Program-made: the position numbers and the translations under genes
Shown: positions 35,035 to 42,749 of the stretch, in pieces
Layout: the number at the start of each line of letters is the position of its first letter
Position numbering within the stretch: the stretch's first letter is position 1
Source of the DNA: Octopus bimaculoides
Taxonomy: Eukaryota
Direction: 5' to 3'
DNA: 42,749 nt
NCBI RefSeq assembly: GCF_001194135.2
Contig: NC_068983.1
Location: 154,798,906-154,841,654 of the forward strand
Notes under the pieces: model-generated
The model's database searches: none
Seen by the model: only the letters and a program-made list of their open reading frames with translations
Told to the model about the DNA's origin: nothing

Positions 35035-35740
35035 TTTTTTTTTTTTTTGATAAGTTGTTGTTTTGGGGAATTCTGATGCTGTTGTTGTTGCTGCTGTATG
35101 GTATGTGGAAGCCATAAATGTTGATGAGCTCTCTATTGTGTTTGCTGCTGTTACGTCCACTGTTTTTGTTCTTGTTTCTGCTACTGCTGTTGGCGCTGTT
35201 GGGATTGCAGTTGCTGCTATTACTGTTACTGTTGTTTTTGCAGCTGTAGTGGTCACCTGCTTCTTCTGGTATTGTTATTGTGGTTGTTGTTGTTGTTGTT
35301 GTGGTGGTGGTGGTGGTGATGATGGTAGTGCCGGCAAAAATGAGAGGCGGCTCACTTCTCTCTTTTATTGCGGGCAGAAAGCTTTGAGGTGATTTGTGTT
35401 GCTACAGAGGTGACATCTTAGCTTTCCAGCCTCAAGAATCATGTGAAGCTTTGTGCCATCTGGTAGGCTTATGAAGTCTGGGATGGTCTCAACGCTTGTC
35501 TTCTCTGCCTGTATTAATAGCAGCATCCCCACTCTTAACCAGTTCTGCTTCTGTACTCTCTGTGTTCACAGAATAGTGGTTTCTCTTTTATGTCGAAGAG
35601 AATTAAAGTTACCAACCAGTAGATGTATATTTCTGGTGGCATGCTTAGTATTCTTAGCAAGATAAATGGGGATGAGGACGAGTTTGTCACTCGTTAGGGT
35701 GGTTGTTGAGTGATTTTTACTCCTTCTCCTCTGAGGCGTA
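35035..35740 (-). mobile_element. L1/Tx1-like ORF1 remnant with zinc knuckle and Thr/Ala-rich tail
   Basis: ETIPDFISLPDGTKLHMILEAGKLRCHLCSNTNHLKAFCP contains a perfect CX2CX4HX4C (35415-35374); same strand as, and upstream of, the APE at 34133. Confidence 0.72.
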
Positions 35741-36122
35741 CCTCACTTCGACAGTCCCATACCCCCCCACCCCCTGGCTATATAAGTTTTGCTCTTCTAA
35801 ATTGGTCGTAAACATTTTTCAATCTGCTGGTGTGTTGCCTGTTCTACTCTTCAAATTAGTTTCTTGATCGGCAGTTCTAGGAATGTTTAGTACCATATTT
35901 CTCCCACATTTCTCTACATTTTCCACTTTTGAATTCATTTTCGTTTATAAAACTGTTATCGTTACTTGAAGGGTGGGCTGCGCGAAATCGCTAAGAGAAG
36001 CTTTATGTAGTTCGCTTTCTTTGTTGTCTTTTCCGTTAATGATGTTGGTGGTGGGTTTGCTGTTGCCACTGGCGGGGTTGTGGAGGTGGGAGTGTTCTCC
36101 CTGGTTGTTGCTTTTTGTTGTC

Positions 36123-36158
<36 letters not shown>

Positions 36159-36169
36159 TTAATAATAAT

Positions 36170-36390
36170 AATAATCCTTTCAACTATAGGCACAAGGTCT
36201 GAAATTATGTGGGGAGGGGGCGAGTCGATTACATCAACCCCAATGCTCCAATGGCACTTATTTCATCGACCCCGAAAGGATGAAAGGCACAGTCGACCTT
36301 GGCAGGATTTGAACTCTGAACGTAAGGACGGATATAATACCGCTAAGCATTTCGCCCGGCGCGCTAACGATTCTGCCAGCTCGCTGCCTC
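36170..36390 (-). mobile_element. SINE family A, full copy, flanked by (TAA)n on both sides
   Basis: Reverse complement of gaggcagcgagctggcagaatcgttagcgcgccgggcg...gtgcctatagttgaaaggatt. Confidence 0.9.
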
Positions 36391-36403
36391 AATAATAATA
36401 ATA

Positions 36404-36434
<31 letters not shown>

Positions 36435-37402
36435 TGATAATGATGATGATAATAATAATAATTTATTCTTGTTTGAATGGTGGTTTAAGACAATCAGTAG
36501 TCTGGTTGGCAAAAATACTTGCGATATTTAGTGAAGTATCTTTACGACTTGAGTTCAAATTCTGATAATGTCAGCTAGGCTTTTCATCATTTTTAGAGTT
36601 CTATTAACTACAACTATGTTGTGAATGAATTANNNNNNNNNNNNNNNNNNNNNNNNNNNNNNNNNNNNNNNNNNNNNNNNNNNNNNNNNNNNNNNNNNNN
36701 NNNNNNNNNNNNNNNNNNNNNNNNNNNNNNNNNNNNNNNNNNNNNNNNNNNNNNNNNNNNNNNNNNNNNNNNNNNNNNNNNNNNNNNNNNNNNNNNNNNN
36801 NNNNNNNNNNNNNNNNNNNNNNNNNNNNNNNNNNNNNNNNNNNNNNNNNNNNNNNNNNNNNNNNNNNNNNNNNNNNNNNNNNNNNNNNNNNNNNNNNNNN
36901 NNNNNNNNNNNNNNNNNNNNNNNNNNNNNNNNNNNNNNNNNNNNNNNNNNNNNNNNNNNNNNNNNNNNNNNNNNNNNNNNNNNNNNNNNNNNNNNNNNNN
37001 NNNNNNNNNNNNNNNNNNNNNNNNNNNNNNNNNNNNNNNNNNNNNNNNNNNNNNNNNNNNNNNNNNNNNNNNNNNNNNNNNNNNNNNNNNNNNNNNNNNN
37101 NNNNNNNNNNNNNNNNNNNNNNNNNNNNNNNNNNNNNNNNNNNNNNNNNNNNNNNNNNNNNNNNNNNNNNNNNNNNNNNNNNNNNNNNNNNNNNNNNNNN
37201 NNNNNNNNNNNNNNNNNNNNNNNNNNNNNNNNNNNNNNNNNNNNNNNNNNNNNNNNNNNNNNNNNNNNNNNNNNNNNNNNNNNNNNNNNNNNNNNNNNNN
37301 NNNNNNNNNNNNNNNNNNNNNNNNNNNNNNNNNNNNNNNNNNNNNNNNNNNNNNNNNNNNNNNNNNNNNNNNNNNNNNNNNNNNNNNNNNNNNNNNNNNN
37401 NN

Positions 37403-37552
37403 CAAACACACACACATACATACACACACACACACACACACATACACACACATACGTGACGAGCGTTTTTTCAGTTTCTGCCTAACAAATCCATTCATAA
37501 GGACATGCTCGGCCCGAGGCTATAGTATAAAGACACTTGCACATGATGCCGC
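37403..37552 (-). mobile_element. SINE family C fragment
   Basis: cagtttctgcctaacaaatccattcataagg...cggcccgaggctatagtataaagacacttgc. Confidence 0.8.
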
Positions 37553-37554
37553 TT

Positions 37555-37775
37555 TCTGAAGGTCTCGTTGAAGTCCTCCAAAGTAAAGGTGTCCAGGTCG
37601 CTTGTCACTCACTTCCCCCTTCACGTTTTCAGTGGCTTCAAAACGACTTCCTCTGAGGTTCCCCTTCAGCTTGGGGAACAGCTAAAAGTCAAAAAGTCAC
37701 AGGGAGCAAGGCCTATACTGCAGGAAGAAGGAAGGACAGGTCGATGCCCATCTCTACAGTCTTGTCAACTGTGAC
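37555..37775 (-). mobile_element. Mariner-family transposase C-terminal remnant
   Basis: PCSIGLAPCDF / LFPKLKGNLRGSRFE..ENVK / LDTFTLEDF match the PYSPDLAPCDFWLFPKLKENLRG.RFE motif. Confidence 0.85.
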
Positions 37776-38754
37776 AAGTAATGTTTAACAGAGTGCATTC
37801 AAAGCGCTGTTATAGCCGTCTCCTTCAGTCTGGGATATAAAAGAGAGTTGGCATATCAGCTTATTATATCCACAGTAATGATATACTAAAATAACAATAA
37901 CCCAGGTCACTTATAACTGCCTCTCTTAAAAACATCACAAAACTCCTGAAATGCACCTCGTGTGCCGGGGGGACTTAACATGTCGCTTTGGCGTAGCGAC
38001 ACTAATAGTTTGGTATTAGAACTCCATGTGCATATGTTTCTGAATTAAGGGTTTATCAAGTGCAGAATGTAATATAATTTTTGGAAGCTATAAAGTGATG
38101 CAGAAGCACTTAGCTTTGACTGGATTGTCTCTTATAGCAGAAACAGTTGTAAGCTAATGAAGTTCATTGCATAATTTTGGATCCCTTTGTCATTTATTTA
38201 ATATCATATATATGTATATAACTTATAAATGGATAGATTTTAAATATGTATGAATGTGTGAGTGTGTGTGTGTGTGTGTGTGTGTATAATAGAATACAAG
38301 GATAGAGAGGCAAACAACTGATATCAGCTTAGACATTGAACATTACATATTTATACAACACATAAGGAGAAACAAATGTGTAAAGTTGTTTAAATCACAG
38401 ATCAGTAAAGGTTCCGCTAAGGGATGTTCATAACATACGATAAACGCTAGTATATTCCAGGAATAGGTATAAGGTGAGTCCGTAGTACTAATATAGTATA
38501 GTTGGGTTGGTAGAAGCAGATCATCGAACTTCTATCTGAACAGAAAAGGACAGAAAAAGTACGTTTGAAGATTTTTATTCTTTACGGCTGTTTCAAGAAT
38601 AGATGTATAATTGGTACAGTTCTCTTACAAGTTGACTGCATCCAATATTTTACTGACAGTCCGTTCTATCTAGAAAGTGAGTTAGAACTTGCTAGTGAAT
38701 GAATAGCTGAGGAGTGGTAGATATATAAAAAGCGAACACAAGGGAAGAAAGGTT

Positions 38755-39100
38755 AATTAACATACATACATACATACATACATACATACAAACATACATA
38801 CATACATACATGCATACATACATACATACATGCAAACATATATATATAGACTGGGAAAGTCTATAAAAGTTAGAGAGTTAGGATGAGGTAAGTGTATATC
38901 CTTAAAATAATATATATATCTACTATATGCATTTGCATGTATACTCACCCATACACTCATATACATACGCACATACATATGTGTAAACAAAGCTGTTCAC
39001 CTCTGACCAGCCATCCATGCACCTATCCATTCATCCAACCATATGCACATACATACATACATAGATACATACATGCATACATACATACGTTGGACATGTA
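38755..39100. repeat. (CATA)n microsatellite block
   Basis: Visible tandem repeats. Confidence 0.9.
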
Positions 39101-39377
39101 GGAAGTTATAGCGATATTTGAATAGACAAATCAACTGTTAAAAGAAATGGTCTGATATATGCTCAATAAAGTTATGCTATGTATAGTAAAATAAGATACT
39201 TACACAAATATCAACTTTGATAAGTAAATAAAAATTTAACGAATAAAACATTTAAGCAAGTGAAACCGAAGTTTTTTAAGCATATTAAAACAAGAAAGAT
39301 GAAAAATGTTTAACATAGAAATGGAAGCAAATGCTGTAATTGGATTGTGGATATTTGCTTGCAGGTTAAGATCGATC

Positions 39378-39437
<60 letters not shown>

Positions 39438-39440
39438 CAT

Positions 39441-39600
39441 AGTGAGAGCGCATTGCTTAGTGGTTAGGGTGTTGTACTCACGATTGTAAGATATCGTGTT
39501 TTCAATTCCTACACGAAGTGGTGTGTTGTGTTCTTGAGCAAAACTCTTCATCTCATGTCGCGTGGTACACAATGCACCTGTTCAGGCAATGTCGATTTGA
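39441..39600 (+). mobile_element. SINE family D, 5' part
   Basis: gcttagtggttagggtgtt...tttcaattcctac...gtgttgtgttcttgagcaaaactcttcat. Confidence 0.75.
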
Positions 39601-39630
39601 TGGATATTTGCTTGCAAGTTAAATTCGATC

Positions 39631-39700
<70 letters not shown>

Positions 39701-39702
<2 letters not shown>

Positions 39703-39915
39703 GGCGGCGAGCTGGCAGAAACGTTAGCACGCCGGGGCGAAATGCTTAGCGGTATTTCGTCTGTCTTTACGTTCTGAGTTCAAATTCCGCCGAGGTCGAC
39801 TTTGCCTTTCATCCTTTCGGGGTCGATAAATTAAGTACCAGTTGCGTACTGGGGTCGATCTAATCGACTGGACCTCTCCCTAAAAAATTCGGGCTTTGTG
39901 CCGAGAGTAGAAAAG
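39701..39915 (+). mobile_element. SINE family A, well-preserved full copy
   Basis: aaggcggcgagctggcagaaacgttagcacgccgggg...gtgccgagagtagaaaag, directly after (ATT)n. Confidence 0.92.
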
Positions 39916-40088
39916 TATGTTGATTTGATGGAGAAAGTGCGACGATGTGTAGCACGAACATTTGATCACTATATACAAATCATTTGTGCAGGTCGTTCAG
40001 CAAACGTTGAACACTCGTACGTCGTTTTCGACGGGAGAGACCATTATTATTATTATTATAATTATTATTATTATTATCATTATTATTA

Positions 40089-40149
<61 letters not shown>

Positions 40150-40152
<3 letters not shown>

Positions 40153-41301
40153 TTGTAAAAAGTTAAAAGTTCGAAAAATTTCTGGTTGCAATTGGTGATG
40201 AACTCGTTTTGCTTATTTTGAAAGTCGTGTGTCAGAAAATAAATTTTCATTGCTTTCTGGCAATATTATCAGCATGGCTTTTTTTCTTGCATGTTCTGAG
40301 TTGCGAATTTTACTGTGTTCCCCTACAGAGTGCATGAATGCTTAAGATTGTTTGTTGTAACATGCATTCAGGCAGTGAAGTGGATTGGGCCAACTTGAAA
40401 CTTTGAAAGAGTGCACATGTGCTTAAAGCCTTCTTGAAAGTGTTGGTTGTTGATCCAACATATTTCCTTGTGCATACATGTTTGAATTATGCTATATCTG
40501 TATACGATGATTTTTGACAAGAGAATTTCCGTTTAATGGGCAATCCTTGACACTTTTATAATTACATGGACTTGCTTTCATTTTTAGGTGCTCTACTATT
40601 GGATTTATTGTTAGTTGAAATATAGTCTTATGTGGCGTTTGGGTGTTCTGTGAGTAGACACTAGATGGGATATTATTATTTAGGTCTAATCGCTTTTCAT
40701 GTTGTAGAGATTTGAGTCCAACAAAGAACATATTTTGAGAGTATGGACTGATGGTGTTAACTGAGAGATCAGTTGGTAGTGGAGGGCCTAGGTCTAATTT
40801 TCTTTTACTTAGATTTATGTCTCGGCAATGCAAAGTTTGGAATGGTAGAGTAGGTTAGCTTAACAGTATACTTATTAAATATTCGATAGTACTTATGGTA
40901 AGGTGGGAAGTTAGTTTCAAGTAAACATATTATTTTAGATATCTAAGTTTTTATCTGGAGAGTGTGGAGGATTACATCATGTGTCATTCCTACTTTTATT
41001 TTATTAATTAATTTATTTCATTTATTTGCTGTTAATGTGGGCCGACACAGTTCTAATTGGTATGCTAGATGGATCCAGTTTAGTACCCTGAATCTCCATT
41101 TCTGAATTATGCATGTAGCTGTTAGTGTGTTTGTTGTTCGGTATCGAATGAGTATTGTTAAATTTACTATCTCAATTCTATTTCTATCATTATCCTTGTT
41201 TTTCTTCTTTATTCTATAATTACTTGCACCACAATTAAAATTGTTATTATTGTTTCTATCGATATTACTATCATCATTATTGTTTACCTTTTCATTATCA
41301 C

Positions 41302-41332
<31 letters not shown>

Positions 41333-42230
41333 TGTGGGTTTATTTGAGATGATGATATTACTAGTGATCATTATTATGAATTATACTAGCATGAAATTTT
41401 ATAAATTTTATTTATAAGGATTACAATATTAGAGTAGTTCAAGCCAATAGCAATAAAATTCGTGTGCCTACGTATAAAAGAGCTTTGTATTGCTTTATCT
41501 GTGCTTTCATTATACAAATACCTTATGTGATTTGGGATGACTGAAGCTGGGTATAAAAGCAAGTTTTTCCTTGTAGCCTCTTTGATTAAGAGCCATATCA
41601 TAATAACGAGTATTATAAAAATTTCCCATTAGCAGATAAATTAGATGTTTGGACAGAGACGTTATTTATCATTCCACTGACCATGAATCTAGGGTGACTG
41701 GATTTCCCGCGAATGTAATGTAATCTTTCATTTGGTTTACGGAAAGGCTAGTACAACCTAAAAAAGATTTCCAAGGGAGCGTCAAGCAAGTTTACAGCCC
41801 TAGTTTTATGATCAAAAATGTATAAAATATTTTAATTCTTAAATATACTACAGTTTTTTTAATTTTTTTTTTACGAGTACGCTTTAGTTTGGACAGCTCA
41901 TGGCTTTCCACCATAAGGAGACAATCGTCTTTGTACAGCATTCCTCCAGTGTCGGGAAGTTAAGTCTTGATGTTGAACTGCAGATAAAAACCAACCTAGT
42001 CGGTCACTAGTGTAAAGTCCATAGACCCCATATAGAGATGTCAAAGTTGTTATCATATCAGTTCCTCTTCTAGTAGTCAGTCACCTTGAAATTATATAAT
42101 GGTTCTCCTTGCTTTAGTGATAATATCAGTACCTTGCTTGGTAATATTGATCATTTTCTTGGCGAAATCTAGTTCGTTCCGTATTTTCTAGGTTTCTAGA
42201 TCTTTTAAAATTCTTTATATTTCAAGATTT
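40150..42230 (-). mobile_element. Penelope-like element remnant: RT core, thumb/linker, GIY-YIG endonuclease and C-terminus
   Basis: In order: LDFAKKMINI..DIITKARR; GMLYKDDCLL (YxDD at 41935-41924); YYDMALNQRGYKEKL; FPPYHKYYRIFNKYTVKLTYSTIPN; CNYKSVKDCPLNGNSL; KYVGSTTNTFK; NKQNEFITNC. Many stops and frameshifts. Confidence 0.88.
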
Positions 42231-42349
42231 CACTTAGACATAGCAATATCAATAACCTGGTGTTAGAACTCAATATACATATACTTCACAATAAAGCATA
42301 AGGATAGTTCAGAGCGTGTTCATTGTCATTTATTTTAATTTTATATTAC

Positions 42350-42708
42350 GTTCTTATATATATTACAGAGATGTACTTGCATAGTAAGTGAACTGATCTC
42401 AGATCATGTGCTGAAACAAAAACAATTGCAGCGTGTAAGGTGTTTATAAGCCACTTAAAAGCACACAAAAACCGTCAGACTCACTTCAGCTTTTAAATTT
42501 AATTTGCCAAAATATTCTCGCCGTTTTGAGACCGCGACCTGTTCACTGACAAAATTCCGTGCAAAACTGTCCGACGGACGGGAACGTGAAAATCTGAGTA
42601 GCAGTTTTTATGATATTTCTGCTGCTTTTTAATAAAGCATATTACTCTACCTCTGGTATTCGAGTACTATTTTTTCCACCTTGTTTTGCATTTATGTGCT
42701 TGCTCCGG

Positions 42709-42710
<2 letters not shown>
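42350..42710. repeat. Interspersed repeat of uncertain class (possibly PLE terminal-repeat type)
   Basis: Resembles a repeat I recall from octopus sequence (gagaccgcgacctgttcactgacaaaattccgtgc); only one copy here, so not verifiable within the window. Confidence 0.4.

Positions 42711-42749
<39 letters not shown>

Noticed and set aside
34372-35256. Mucin-like Thr/Ala-rich ORF
   Set aside because: It is inflated by a 475-nt gap, and the real part lies directly downstream of a LINE ORF1 zinc knuckle, so it is better explained as an ORF1 tail.
1-42749. Most entries in the ORF track (poly-I, poly-N, CV/HT/YI repeats, X-filled ORFs)
   Set aside because: They are translations of (ATT)n, (CA)n, (TA)n, (TATG)n or N-gaps and carry no coding signal.
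1-42749. CRISPR array, prokaryotic operon or defence system
   Set aside because: No constant-length repeat-spacer array and no dense ORFs; the sequence is repeat-rich eukaryotic DNA. The repeated SINE bodies are dispersed and diverged, not CRISPR repeats.

Overview
AT-rich, microsatellite-saturated animal genomic DNA from a gapped draft assembly (8 N-gaps, about 3.6 kb, mostly next to (TA)n). The SINE families present look like those I recognise from Octopus, so an octopod origin is likely (inference). Nearly all ORF-track entries are translated microsatellites, N-gaps or chance ORFs. There is no recognisable intact host gene, rRNA, true tRNA or CRISPR array. The window is mainly a graveyard of decayed transposons: RTE LINE pieces (RT at 4.7-6.0 kb, APE at 21.9-22.2 kb), L1/Tx1-like pieces, REL-type LINE pieces (Hero-like, R4-like), Penelope-like elements (a 2.1 kb RT to GIY-YIG remnant at 40.1-42.2 kb, two C-terminal scraps, and terminal-repeat-like segments), hAT and mariner transposase remnants, a 23-aa-period STPR-like fragment, and at least four tRNA-headed SINE families. 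The best leads are: (1) a phase-compatible chain of small minus-strand exons, including 21-nt and possibly 7-nt microexons, invisible to the ORF track; (2) two minimal hammerhead-ribozyme-like motifs with covarying stems; (3) a 600 bp inverted-repeat hairpin; (4) a head-to-tail SINE array joined by (ATT)n; (5) an RTE RT with an in-frame loss of exactly the catalytic YADD motif. All protein assignments come from hand translation and recalled family motifs; no database search was run. I cannot claim a confirmed new system.
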